Source of the DNA: Daphnia carinata
Taxonomy: Eukaryota
Reading direction: 5' to 3'
Assembly: GCF_022539665.2 (NCBI RefSeq)
Contig: NC_081333.1
Coordinates: 12,400,001 to 12,464,000, forward strand
DNA: 64,000 bases
In this document: piece by piece, positions 26,536 to 39,749 of the stretch
Layout: each line of letters starts with the position of its first letter
How positions within the stretch are numbered: the stretch's first letter is position 1
Notes under the pieces: generated by a model
Seen by the model: the letters and a program-made list of their open reading frames with translations, nothing else
Database searches by the model: none
What the model was told of the DNA's origin: nothing
Made by a program: the position numbers and the translations under genes

Positions 26536-29500
26536 ATGAATCGAGGAGCTTTCTACGGTGTCATTGCTTCGTTGTTGTGGCTCCGACTGCATTTGCCTAT
26601 TTGGCTCATCCTTTTGATTTTACTGGCAATCTACGCCGTTATGGGTGGATACAGTTTTCTAAGTGTAGTAGTTCGAACTATCAAACGCGATGTCACGTAA
26701 GTTTGATTTACCTTAACCCTTTATATTTCTCAAAATTATAGTGAACTCAAATAACAAATTGTTTCTGCTAATTTCAGTGGTTTGACTCGATATCTTCAAG
26801 TGTTGTTGAGGGTACGCAGATACCAGAAGAAAAATTGGACTGTACCAATGGTATTTGAGAATCATGTGAAGAATCATCCCAACAAAGTTGCATTTGTTTT
26901 TGAGGGTAGAGAGTGGACTTTCAAGGAGGTGAAACTCAATTCTGGTTCTATAAACATATTTGTGTACCTAATATTCCTCTTTGTTTGTTTCATAGATTGA
27001 CGAATACAGCAATAAGATGGCACATGTGTTTGAGGAAGCTGGTTTCAAACCAGGTGACACTGTTGCTCTTTTGTTGGATAACAGACCAGAATATGTTGGC
27101 ATCTGGCTTGGTCTTGCAAAAGCTGGTCTTGTCACTGCCTTAATTAACCACAACCTTCGAGACAAGCCTCTGTTGCATTGCATTCAAATCGTTGAATGCA
27201 AAGCAGTAATCTTTGGAGCTGATTTCTGTGATGGTTAGTTTGTTTATACTTCAATCATGAAAAGAAGTATTCTAATTGTTCTGATTTTATAGCTTTTACT
27301 AGTGTTCGTGATCAGTTGGATTCCTCAATCAAGCAGTATGCTTTTGACTTCAAGAAAAACGTGCCAATCCCCACATCCAGCATCAACCTCGACACGAAAA
27401 TGGAGGAGGCATCCCCAGGTTGCCTTTCTGGACCTCAGCGGGCTAATTACAATGACAAAATGCTCTACATTTACACGTCTGGCACTACTGGACTTCCAAA
27501 AGCCGTAAATATTTTAATAATCAATCTATTGATGTGATAATAATTTTTTTGTTATACATTTTAGGCTGTCATTCGTCATTCTCGGTAAGTAGCCATTAGC
27601 TTATTAATCATAGTAACATGCACGTATTTTAGTCGCCTATATCCCATTCTATTACTTTCGACTTGGGTTTTGCACTGGAAGAACTAGTTTTTGAAGACTA
27701 GCTATTCCTTATTCAGCAAACGTCGTATTTTATCAGATCTTAGAAACCTCCTATATGTTTTTTTTTCTTATCTCAAAATTTTATTCTTCGTAGAATGAGT
27801 TTTTGACTCGACGTAATTCAATATTTATGTTTTTGTTTAATGGTAACCACCTCTGCTACTAGTTACATATTTGCCTCATTTGGGGGTTTTTATGCTTGCG
27901 GTCTTAACAAGAAAGACACCATCTACGTCCCAATGCCCTTACACCACATGTCAGGTGGATGCATGGGTGCCGGGATGACTCTACTGTTTGGCTGCACTGC
28001 AGTTATTCGAAAAAAGTTCAGTGTGTCGAACTTTTGGAGCGATTGCACCAAACACGGATGCACGGTAGTATTTAGTTTAATTCTGAGTATCGTAAATGGT
28101 TACAGTAGAAATTCAAAATAGCTTAATCTCAATACTCGGCACCTGATAACGATCAATGCACAGCATTTTATCATTTTCGGTGATACAGCAACATCATCCA
28201 TACTTTGCTGTGAGTCCCAAGCACATCTAAACCAGGGGAGGGTTTCGATGAATCCGACACATTATGTTTAGCAAAGACAGATAGCGACGTTTAGGATAAC
28301 CAAACAAATTTAGCCGCGCAAATTTTCATGCATTTAGTAGTTGCGATTTCTAAAAACAATGCATGAGAAGAAAAAACGTGCTGAAATAACCTAGATCGGT
28401 GAATTTCACTGCCCTTCTGCATTCACTTATTACTACTTAATGGAAGACGGTCTCTCGTTCAATTCAACTAATACGCATTCAATTAATTGCCTGTAAGGAA
28501 GGCATGTTACGTCTAAACTTCGACTGGGCATGATTGATAGTAACGTAATCATTTATTTGCTAATCCGTCCGACTTGACACCGGATCTATAGCTACACGTT
28601 CTTTGTGAGCGCCACATTCTACATGAGCCCGATGAAGTACGACGACATTGTATACGATCCCCTGCCTTTATACCATACCGCTGGAGGAATGGTTGGTGCC
28701 GGCCAAGTACTATTATTCGGCTGCACGGCAGTTTTGCGCAAGAAGTTTTCGGCCTCGGCTTTTTGGAAGGAAGCCATCCAGCACAAATGCACGGTCGGTC
28801 TTCTCCACCCTCCATTACGTTTTTTGCATTATTTCTAAAATCTTGCACTCGCTTTTCACTAATTTTAACAAGACCATAGCTTAAATCCTACCACGTATTT
28901 ATTAATATTGCTTCATTAATCTGAAAAAAAAATTGATCAAAGACTGTACGAACTAGAACTAATAGCTTTTAACTGGTTATAGCCATAATCATCTGACTCA
29001 CAATTTTACGCACTAAATGTACCTTGAACACGGCACCCAGAATAATATTCTTGGTTTTTAAGGCTGACGAAGCTTTTGGAGTTCCGCCATGTCGTTATGG
29101 TGTTCTTTAATTTTATTATTTCATCGTCCTTTTGCGAATTATTTCTTTATTCGACATTGGAAAAATGCGTGTTCCCTCTTTGATTTTACTGGTTCAATGA
29201 GAAATTGTTAAGGTGTTGGGTTGAAAGGACAAGGAAATGATTGAGACTGTGTTTGGGACCTGTTTTCCTCAGCTATTGGATGATCTTGCTTTCCTTATCG
29301 ACTAGATATTCATACAATTGATGGCTAAGCTGAGAAATGACTCTTTTGCTAACCGTCATATTTTCATCTATTGCACGTTGTTATCAAAACCGAGTTTGAC
29401 TTAAAAGCTTCGGCTGTTCTCGTTTTGACAATTCCTCGTACTTCATTTGTGTGGATGGCTTGAAATTTAAGATTAGTACTACCAATGAAATTTGATGAAA

Positions 29501-30633
29501 TCCCAATGACAACTTGAATGAGCTTAATGTCAAAAATCGATTAACAGGTTGCTCAATATATCGGAGAAACATGTCGCTATCTTCTTGCCGCCCCACCACA
29601 TCCTCAAGACAAAAGTCACACTGTCCGTCTCATGTTCGGAAATGGATTGCGCCCGCAAATTTGGGAAGAATTTGTTAACCGCTTTAGCAGTTCCACGAAA
29701 AAACTACAAATTGCAGAATTCTACGGAGCCACCGAAGGAAACGCAAACATAAGTATTTACACACACACACAGATCCGAGCAAAACTTTCCAAAGCTTATC
29801 AGTGTATTGTTTACTTTGTAGTTAATTTCGATGGCCGTGTCGGCGCTGTTGGGTTTGTATCGATGATTGCCCCAGCGGTTTATCCAGTTGCATTGATCAA
29901 GGTGAATGAAGAAACGGGAGAGCCCATTCGCGGTGAGGATGGACTTTGCATCCGCTGCAAACCTTTTGAGCCGGGCATGTTTGTAGGCATGATTCTTAAG
30001 AATCATCCTATTCGCGATTTTCATGGTTACGCCGATCCAAATGCCACGAAGAAAAAAGTTGCTGTCGATGTTTTCAAACGTGGTGACGCAGCTTTCCTCT
30101 CTGGTGACATCCTAGTGATGGACGAACTTGGGTACCTATTCTTCAAGGATCGTACTGGTGATACTTTCCGTTGGCGCGGAGAGAATGTCAGCACGTCGGA
30201 AGTAGAGGCCGTCATCAGCAATGTAGCTGGGTTAAAGGACTGTTGCGTCTATGGAGTCGAGGTATTCTGATCAATTTATCGTAATATTTTATGTACGTAA
30301 ACGTTTTTCTTGCAAATGTAGGTTCCGGGTGCTGAAGGTCGTGCGGGCATGGCAGCTATATTGGATCCCGAGAGGAATCTGGACTTGAAAGTTTTGGCTA
30401 CCGGAATGAGCAAAGTATTGCCATCCTATGCCCGGCCGCTATTTGTACGACTGGTCAAAGTAATCGATTTGACGGGCACGTATAAGTTGAGAAAAGTCGA
30501 CTACCAGAAAGAAGGATTTGATGTGGACAAGATTAAGGATGAGGTGTACTTCTTCGATGCGGCTAGCCAATCATATGTGCCCTTTACTAGTGCCCTTTAC
30601 GAGCAGTTGAAGTCAGGGAAAATAAGAGTTTAA
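26536..30633 (+). CDS. Fatp: Long-chain fatty acid transport protein (FATP/SLC27 acyl-CoA synthetase)
   Basis: N-terminal membrane exon 26536-26696. AMP-binding motif YIYTSGTTGLPKA, then QYIGETCRYLL, FGNGLRPQIW, EFYGATEGNANI, GDILVMDELGYLFFKDRTGDTFRWRGENVST and DLTGTYKL. Stop at 30633. Confidence 0.95.
27863..28064 (+). CDS. FATP alternative (mutually exclusive) exon A
   Basis: 202 nt, AG...GT, phase 2 in and phase 0 out. Encodes YIFASFGGFYACGLNKKDTIYVPMPLHHMSGGCMGAGMTLLFGCTAVIRKKFSVSNFWSDCTKHGCT. Confidence 0.85.
28592..28793 (+). CDS. FATP alternative (mutually exclusive) exon B
   Basis: 202 nt, same phases as exon A. Encodes YTFFVSATFYMSPMKYDDIVYDPLPLYHTAGGMVGAGQVLLFGCTAVLRKKFSASAFWKEAIQHKCT. 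Confidence 0.85.
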
Positions 30634-31735
30634 AACATTCGCACGTATTATTGACACTTTTTTTCCCCCTACATATCATGTCATTTTCATGCATCGTTGT
30701 CAAAAGGACTGTTTACAAACTAGATACTCTGACTATCATGTCTAATAATTTTTTTTTATATTTTATTTTGGTTTGGATTCACCACCATAACCGCCGTCAG
30801 GGACATGGGGTATTGCCCAAATAATCCACATAGGGATGGGGAGAAAAAAAGCAAATTTGGTTAAATGACAAGTTTGCTTGGGTTTGAAATGTTTAAACTC
30901 GTGAGTCGCGGCAGTTAAAATGGGACCATAGATTTATCGAAGCCAATTGTTGAGAAATTTTGATATTGTATAAAAGATTACATTTGAAACACCACAAAGT
31001 AATACAAAACATCGAAATTTCATTCAATCTCTCATTCAAGTTTTTCTTCTTTCTTCCCCAACATATTTCAAATGTGCGCGCGCGGTTGGCGTTCGTCTCT
31101 TGTTTTCCTTCTACTAGCCTGACTACGCTCGCTCGCCTTTGTGAACTGTGTATCTTGTCTGACTCGTTTTTTATATGGTGACTGCCCCTGCCGTGTAAAT
31201 AACCGAAAGCTGTACAGTGGTTTTATCCGTTCGCATCCTTGGTAAGTTTTCGACGAAGAAATGTCTCGTGATGAGATTTGAGTGCGTCGGGAAAGCTCCT
31301 CTGTTTTTATAAAGAAAGATAGGGGCTTTTAATTCCGATCGACAATTTCAAACTGTCACCCCCCCTACCAGAACGCGTCCTCTCCTCCTATGTAGTATAC
31401 ACGCGCGTTCGTTACTAATCAAAACAAAGCCGTCTCACTGATTTCATCAGCATTTATTGTCAGTTTTAACTTGCACATCTTTCTTATAAAAAGAGGAGCT
31501 TTCTACAGAACTGAGTGTCTCGGAGCGTCAAATTGGCGGTTAAATAGTTTTTCAGATTGTGTTTGTTTTGATTCTTCCAGATTATATACATACATATACA
31601 TAGAAGTGTAAAAAGAAGTCCTGGAGACACATTGGACTGAATAATTACGATACGATTCACATAAATGCATGTGAATAGTCGGCCGTAACATATCTTCCCT
31701 GCGAAATATTAGTATTTTCAGTGTTTTTATATGTA

Positions 31736-34700
31736 ATGAAGTGGGTGGGAGGTGATTCTCAAGACGCTCCTGCTTCTACTTCAGGAATGCTAGGCAACGG
31801 AAGTCATGCCCCACTGCAAACTGTAAGTTTATTAACACTATAGCATTTTCGTGTTGCCACTATAATGTTTATCTTCTGTATTGTGAAGGTGCCAGAAATG
31901 GCTCGGCCAATATCTTCTCGTTCTCAAGATGACGCCATGGTATCCTACATCTTTCAAAGACCTCAGACTGATGGAAATTTCCAAGCCTTCAGCAAGCATC
32001 AATCTAGATGGCTAGGGGACGAGAGTATTTCAGAGGTAACTGACATTACTTTTTGAAGAATTAAAAATAAGATAATGTTTATTGATTTGCTTCTTTACAG
32101 GTCAAGCCTGGTCTTGCCAATGATGCTGCACAAGCATCCGTCTCACAACCAAGTGCAGTCAACAGCCAGCAACGAAGCCAATTTGATCAGGTACATTTAA
32201 AGCCTTCTGTCAAACTCAGTTCTTAATGTTTCAGAGATTGGGCTAATGTGGTTTTAAGCCTTTGCTACTACTATCATAAGTTGGTGCATCCATTGTTTTC
32301 CATCTCTTTATTTTAAGAGTCCAACTAGTTTCATGTAAACAACTATATAACATTTAAGAGTATGACAAGTTTGCATGCAAAAAGGTAGGGAAGAAAAGAA
32401 TGTTCTTTTTCTGTATAGAAAGTGTGTGTCATTTGGGGCTGTTATTCTCGTTAGTCGCCACGTTGGAGAAATCCCCTCATCAACTTTCGTAGGGCTGCTG
32501 GAATCGGATCTTTTTCAAGTGTTGTTTTCTCTTTCCCTTACCCCTCATGCATACTCTACCCTATACAGTATTCAGTACCCTTCCCTTTTCCCTTCGCGAG
32601 TGTAGGCAGGCAAGAAGAGGGGTTACTGCGAAGAGTAGGTAGTCAGAATGAAAAAAAGGGAGAGAGAGAAAGAAAAAAGAAAGGGAGTAGGGAAGAGGAA
32701 GAGAGTGGAAAAGGGGGAGGAGGAGGAAGAGCTTGGAGGTAGGGGAAAGTGCTTCCAGCGTTGCCTTGCAGCCGTAGGTTCTCTACTCTTTTGTTCGATG
32801 CGACGCTCTGTGTGTGCGTGTGTGTGTCGAGGCAGCCGAGTGTGGCTTGTATAGCTGAGTTCAGCGTGTGTGGTGTGCGCCGTCTCTCTCGCTTCTCTCA
32901 GCGTTTCGACATCTCTTTGTACAAATCAGAAAAGAAATTCATTCACATAGTTTATTAGCGAGTACTTAATTCTTGCACGTTGCAAAAATAAGATCTTTGT
33001 CGTGTTGTGTGGTGTGTAAAAATTTCAAAAAGTCTACCTTCTGTCAAAATGCCTGTGGATTCTTAAAGCCACCTAACATGAAGGACACGAGCGCAGACTT
33101 AGTAAGTTATACACGGCAAGGTTTTTCTCTTTCCCTTATCGTGTATGTTAGGATATTGCAAAATTTTTAGTTTCTAGAAAATGATAGATTTGATGCAACG
33201 TGTCGTTTTTCCAAAATTCATTTGACTTACATGTTTTAAGACTGTCAGGATTTCTATTTTCCATTTTAGCTACCTTGTAATTTTTCCATTTATTTCTCTT
33301 CGTATTTTATGACTACGTCTTTGTTGCTCGAGGCTAGCGAACAAAACTGAAAGCATACAGGTGGCCTTGTGGTCAGCCGACCGAGAGGCCTTGATTTCGT
33401 GGAGAGAGTCAAAAAGCTCAGGAACAAGTCGGAAAACTGAATCTTTCTTACCTTTTTGAACATAAGAACATTATCTATAAACTGCCGTCTCTGCGATGTT
33501 ACTTTTTTTTTTGACGCCCACTTCGTGTTATTTAATTTCACAGCCAAAGACTTGAGTGACATTGTTTAGTGGTAGACTTGACATCGCCGCGTAGTCTCAG
33601 TTGTCAGAAGTGAAACCACGAACATCAACTTTCGTAAAAAATTAGCATTTTATACCTTAAGAGGATGCGAAAAATGAAATTATTTATTCGTTAACTTGCT
33701 TCTCGTAGACTAATCATCGTTTAGTTAATAACCGAAAGTGTCTATTGTTAACTTTTTATTATTCCAGATTGCTCCCTCGGCCAAGAAGCTGTGGGGAGTC
33801 GAGGAACAAAAAGAAGACACTAAAAGTAGCCTCTTCAACATCAGTGATCAAACTTGGAGAGACTCTACGTGGAGCAATTCGACTATCGGTGAGTTGTTCA
33901 AAAATTATCGATGTAAATTGCAGCATTAATGTCGTTGTTGTTTGAACAGACCATGCTGTTTCACAGCCCATCTCGATGGGTCCCAGACGTTCTGGCAGCT
34001 TCCCAGGTAGTGAGGTGGCCAATGTCCTGTCGCCACGTTCTTCTGAAACGGGTGGACTTGGCGTCAAGATGGTCGAGTACGTCCTCGGCACATCGCCCAC
34101 CAACAAAGATCTAGAAAGTCGGATGAGAGGGCTGGTCCTCGTAAGTTCGCTTTCCATTCATCTTACACCTCATAATTCTACTTGATTTGTATTGTCGTCC
34201 TTGATTTGATTGGAAATATTCTTTTGTTTCTGCAGAATCCGACAGAAGATAAAGACAAGAAGGAGAAAGCCTCATCGCCACCTCTTCAAGACATGGAGGG
34301 GAACACAAATGGTTGTCCTCCCCACTCGCATGCTATGATGTTGCCCAACGGACTGGCTTCCGATGATGATGCTAAGGCTTTCAAGTATGCCTCGGAAGCT
34401 GCGTCTAATGGCTTGCCCTATCACATGAATGTGGATTCATACAGCCGGACGCAAGGAAGCAGACAACCTTCACCATCTGAAGAGGATCTAACCAAGAATC
34501 ACAGCCCAGGATTACCGATTGCTCACTCGGTGCCCATCAAATCTGGTGACGGTATGGGCCTGCCTCCTAACAACCCCCATAGCGCTATGGTTGGATCGCT
34601 GACGGGACCGATTCAGGCGCCGGGGATGTCTAACGGTATCGGTCCCATGAGTGGACTCGTCAATGGTGGAGGACCACCCGGTAAGTGCTCTTTCAAAAAA

Positions 34701-37700
34701 AGTAATCTAGATGTGCATAGAAAATTTAAATGTTTTATTGATTCTTGTAGGATTGGGACTATCTTCTAGCGGAACAGCCGATGGACATAGCAACCATTAC
34801 GAACCGGTGATGATGGAGCCGCCGGGAGTGCACTTTGACAGCAGTTATTCAGTGCTCTCTACCATGGATACTCAATCGTCAGGAATGCTCCAGCAGAATT
34901 TTGACGCTCACGTATGTACATTTTCATTCATCTCTTCTTTCCACTTTGTAGAGCAGTAGTGCAAACGTGAGTGTTATTTACGGGGGAGTTTCAGTTAGTT
35001 ACACATTTGAGAAAGGCTTGGTATTTTCGGATTGAAGACCGATGGGGTAATTGGGAAGTGTAGGATCTTTTAAAACTTTTGTCTGTTTACGATCTGTTTG
35101 GAAGGTCTTTAATCTTTCTTTGTTGAATGTAACAGCCTTGTTTTGTTGGTGTCTAGCGCCGATTGAGAGGTGCCATTCGGCACCATATGGCTTGTGTCTT
35201 CTCTCAGCTCCACCCACTGTTAGCTTGACTACCGTTAGTCGAAAGCAGCCGATTTTGGCCTGATTTCATCAACTGTTTTGTTGTCGACATCTACTACGAT
35301 GACAACGACGTCCTAGTTACTCTTTTCCTTCTCGTTTGATTGCTACATTCCGAATGCTCTCTTTGCGCTAATGATGGACCAACATTTTTTTGCTTTGGTT
35401 TATTTTCCCTGTCTTGTCTTCCTTTTATTTGTCCGCCTTTTCCGTCAACGTAATCCACACACTAGTGGTTGGCTTCCCAACTTGCCCTGCGCCACGCAGT
35501 TAGTCGCCAGCCGTCGGCCGTGTGTGCCAGTGTTCCGTGCGCGTTGCTCGTTACAGCTATCTGCCCGATTAATTGACCAGTTGGGGCAACGACTAGTCGT
35601 TCACTTACTACCGGCGAGATTTTCCAATCTGGCTAAACGTCTTTGCTATCGATTGTATAGCGTGATTGCGTGTATTGTGCGGTTAGGTTCATCAGGCTCA
35701 ATCCAATCGGCATAGCCTCAATGGTTAACTGTCTGTCTTCCGTTTGCGTTCAACATCGCTAGCGTTTTGAGCTCGTTTGTGGAAAAACTTTCGATTTTTG
35801 TCAGCAATTTCATTTACGATAATGGATTATCCCGTTTAGTTCTTAAATTATCAACAACAAAAAATTCTTGTTGTGGTGTTTTGACCAAAAAAAGACATTG
35901 GCAAGTGTAAGATCTGATAAGCGGTGCCGGACTGGGCGGTTTCTGATTAAATACTGAGCAGGCTAAAGCTGAGAGGGATCGGAATAGATGACATTTGCCT
36001 AATCGCCGTGTTTGATTGTTATGCCCAGTCGAAATTCTTAAATACGATAGGGCGTGTTGGATGGTTGCTCATCTACTCTGCCAAATCAGAAAGGAGATAA
36101 CGCTCACCGTCGTGGCGGCAGTCCATGAAAGACTTGCCGTGAAAAATGAAAGTGTTGTGGCCGCAGCCGTCACCGTTCTCAAATATGCTAGGCATAGGAC
36201 CAGCGGCATTCGGCGGAACGTCTCAATCGTCCCAAGCATTGCTGAGTCTCTGTTTGTCTATCTACTCATCTGGCTGTGTTCGAAAAAGTTCCAAACGGCT
36301 CGCCAAGAATGAAATCACTCTACCCAAAACTCTCGATGTCGAAGAGGTTTGACTCTACGCCCAAACTATTCTTATTTTTGGTTCATGTCGCATCGCAAAT
36401 TGCACACGAGTTGAAAGATTTCTACCGTCTATCTATACCAGGTTCTAATTGAGGTTTGCTTTTCCTCCGCAAAGGAGGGGGTAGTCTCAAGAGTAATGAC
36501 AGATTCTGTATGTGCACCTCGAAAAGAATTTGTTGACTTTCGTTTTTCCCTGTTACTTAGAAACGAGATGCATAGGACCGCCCTGATGGATTATTCCAGT
36601 CAAGTATTTCTGTTAGTTAGTTTATGCGCCTTTCGAATATCTTCCAATGACCTAGTTGAAACTGCAAGATCTACAAATAAATTGGATCATTTAATTCAAT
36701 GCGAGATTGTTCGCCAACTTCCAATTAGATTGCGTCGAGACGTGGCGCCCGACTAGAGACAGGACCCAATCGATTGCTTTTCCTTTCTTTTCCTCCCTCC
36801 CCAAGACTATTGTAAAAGAATGAAAAAAGAAAAAGTGGGAGAAGATTGCGTGTTCTTGACAATGTTTAATGGTCTATCCGGCGCTATATTTCAAGCTTTA
36901 GTTTAGTTAAACGGTGACAATAATTTATTTGTTTTTATTATTTGTTTTCAGTTGTTCCGGGCGCACCATCATCACCAACAACATCAAGCGCAACAGCAGC
37001 AGCAACAACAACAACAGCAGCAACCTCCTTTGCCACCGCCCCCGCAGCAGCAACATCAGCAACCGCAGCAGGTCCAGCTTCTTGCCCAGCAACAGTTTCT
37101 TGCCGCCCAGCAGCAGCAAATTGGTGAAAACATTTCATTTTCGTTAAAATCGCCGGATTATGTGTAACCATGGCTTTTTTGCGTTTTAGGGCTTGCAGGT
37201 CCAGCAAGTGGGCCAGCTTATCCGAATGCACCATACGTAATCAATCAAGAGCCGTACATGCAAACTTTGATTGCAGGTGAGATGGTGTCTCTTGTTACAT
37301 TTAATTTTGTCAGTTTAATTTGTGTAGCATGGCAATTAATTTTAATTTTGAATATTTCCATACAGGCCATGCGGCGATGATGCCACAGTACTATGGTATG
37401 GCTCCATGGGGCATGTATCCAGGAGTCATTCCGCAAGGGCCTGGCGCTCCTGGTCCAGTAGCTCCCGGACAGCATCAGCAAGGCCAGCCAAGGCGACCAA
37501 TGTCTCCGAATTCACTGTCTGATCATCCGCCCGTTCCGCAACCGGGTCAATATCAAGTCATACCGGCTTATTACGATCAAAATGGGTCGCTGGTGATGGG
37601 CAATATGCGAGGCATTGGTAATGGTGGAATGAATGGCCCCGTTCGCCTCATGTCGCCTGCTCCTATGGTTCTGCAAAACCCAAGCGGTCCCAATTCTGGC

Positions 37701-39749
37701 AACATGAGACTAATGGGCAACCAAGGGCAGCAGATGTCGGCAGCGGCACAGCAGCAGCAGCAGCAACAACCTTCGATTTACAATAACGGCCAGCAGCAAT
37801 CTCTGTACAGCAACACGCCAGGCTCGTCGGCCTCGCATTCTCACAACGGACCCAACAATCCAGGCCTCGGTGGCCTGCAGAACATGCAGCCCAACTCTGG
37901 CCTGGGCAGTAACTTTGGAGCATTGGGATTGCAGCAAAGCAACAGCCTGGGATTCGGTAACAGCGCATTGGGATCGATTGGATCTCCCTCATTGGGTCTG
38001 GCTAACGGACAGGGTCGGCGTGATTCCTTTGACCGAAATTCGACGTCAACTTTCTCGCCCTCGCTGGGTGAATACGGTAGAGGCAAATGGCCACAGAACT
38101 ACGGCGCCCTGGGAACTGTCACCGCATCTCCTGGCCCCCTGGGCTTATCGTCTGGCTCGCTGACTCCTCCACCCAATATGAGCGGAGCGTCTTCTGGACT
38201 GCAACTCGGTTTGGGTCCTTTTGTGTCTGGTGGACGACTCATGTCGGCTGCTCCAGGATCTGAGATGATGAAGTTCCGTAACGGAGCTACCACGCCCAGC
38301 AGCGTCGGAGCCGGAGGTCTGTTTGGAGCGGGTGCTGGCGGCTCGCTCTTTGCCAAGATGGGAGGTGCTGGACGTCAGCCACAGCATCCTCACAACGGAG
38401 TCATTGGAGTCGGCCTTGACAAGATGACGGGACGATCACGTTTGCTGGAGGACTTCCGGAACAACCGATTCCCCAATCTACAATTGCGCGACATCGCCAA
38501 CCACATCGTCGAGTTCTCTCAGGACCAGCACGGCTCACGTTTTATCCAGCAGAAATTAGAGCGTGCCACGCCGGCCGAGAAGCAGATGGTCTTTACCGAG
38601 ATTGTCGTTGGCACGTACGCGCTCATGACGGACGTATTTGGCAATTATGTCATCCAGAAATTCTTTGAATTTGGATCACCGGAGCAGAAGAGCACTCTAG
38701 CGCAGAAAATTCGCGGGCACGTCTTACCCCTGGCCCTCCAAATGTACGGTTGCCGCGTCATTCAGAAAGCTCTGGAATCTGTTCCATCTGAGCAGCAGAA
38801 GGAAATTGTTCGCGAACTGGACGGCCATGTTCTCAAGTGTGTCAAAGATCAAAACGGCAACCACGTGGTCCAAAAGTGCATTGAATGTGTCGACCCTATG
38901 CAGCTGCAGTTCATTATCGACGCGTTTGAAGGACAGGTGAGAGTAATATTTTGCAATACTTAGTGTTTGCACTGTTCTTAATTTGGGATTTTATAGGTCC
39001 TTTCACTCTCAACGCACCCGTACGGATGCCGCGTAATTCAGCGCATCCTCGAACACTGCACTCCCGAGCAGACGGCTCCCGTATTGAACGAGTTGCATCA
39101 CAACACGGAAACTCTCATCCAAGATCAATACGGCAACTATGTTATCCAGCACGTTCTCGGTACGGATCCGCAAAGTTTAATATGTGGGACCTGTATGCCA
39201 AGCCGGTCGTGCATATTTTAATTTGTATTTTTTTTCTTTTTTGTTTGACTTTAGAGCATGGCAAGCCGGAGGACAAATTGCGGATCGTCACGGCCGTGAA
39301 GGGTAAGGTGCTGTCGCTGTCGCAGCACAAGTTCGCTTCTAACGTCGTGGAGAAATGCGTCTCGCACGCCACCCGATCCGAGAGGGCCAGTCTGATTGAC
39401 GAGGTGATCAGCTTCAACGACGCGAGTCCGCACAGTCCCCTACACACTATGATGAAGGATCAGGTACGTGTTGGAATAGCTAACGAAATCTATCTCTGGC
39501 CTGTTTGAACCCTAACCGCCTCTTATCTCTTTCTCTTCGCAGTACGCCAACTACGTCGTGCAGAAGATGATTGATGTGGCCGAGCCCTCGCAGCGCAAAC
39601 TGCTCATGCACAAAATCCGACCGCACGTCTCTACGCTCCGCAAGTATACTTACGGCAAACACATTCTCGCCAAACTGGAAAAATACTTCCTGAAGAATAA
39701 TGTTGATTTGGGGCCTATTGGGCCGCCGTCGAACGGAGTCATCGGATAA
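31736..39749 (+). CDS. pum: Pumilio (PUF-family RNA-binding translational repressor)
   Basis: N-terminal motifs SRSQDDAMV and [21 protein letters not shown]-rich low-complexity region; PUM-HD from [19 protein letters not shown] through [45 protein letters not shown] and [17 protein letters not shown]. The first coding exon 31736-31822 is inferred from phase and splice sites. Confidence 0.95.
33079..33102 (+). CDS. Putative alternative first coding exon of pumilio (MKDTSADL)
   Basis: ATG...TTA|GTAAGT is a strong phase-0 donor compatible with the 33769 acceptor (IAPSAKKLW). It is preceded by a GA-rich and TG-rich promoter-like tract at 32640-32900. Confidence 0.5.
36965..37120 (+). repeat. CAG/CAA polyglutamine and His tract in a pumilio exon
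   Basis: Encodes [30 protein letters not shown]... Confidence 0.85.

Noticed and set aside
36146..36346. ORF in the pumilio intron ending at a phase-0 GT (possible alternative first exon)
   Set aside because: Weak donor (GTTTGA) and no similarity to Pumilio sequences I recognise.
37663..38393. Antisense ORFs over pumilio (and similar ones over FIP1, XAB2 and FATP)
   Set aside because: Shadow ORFs of GC-richer or low-complexity coding exons.
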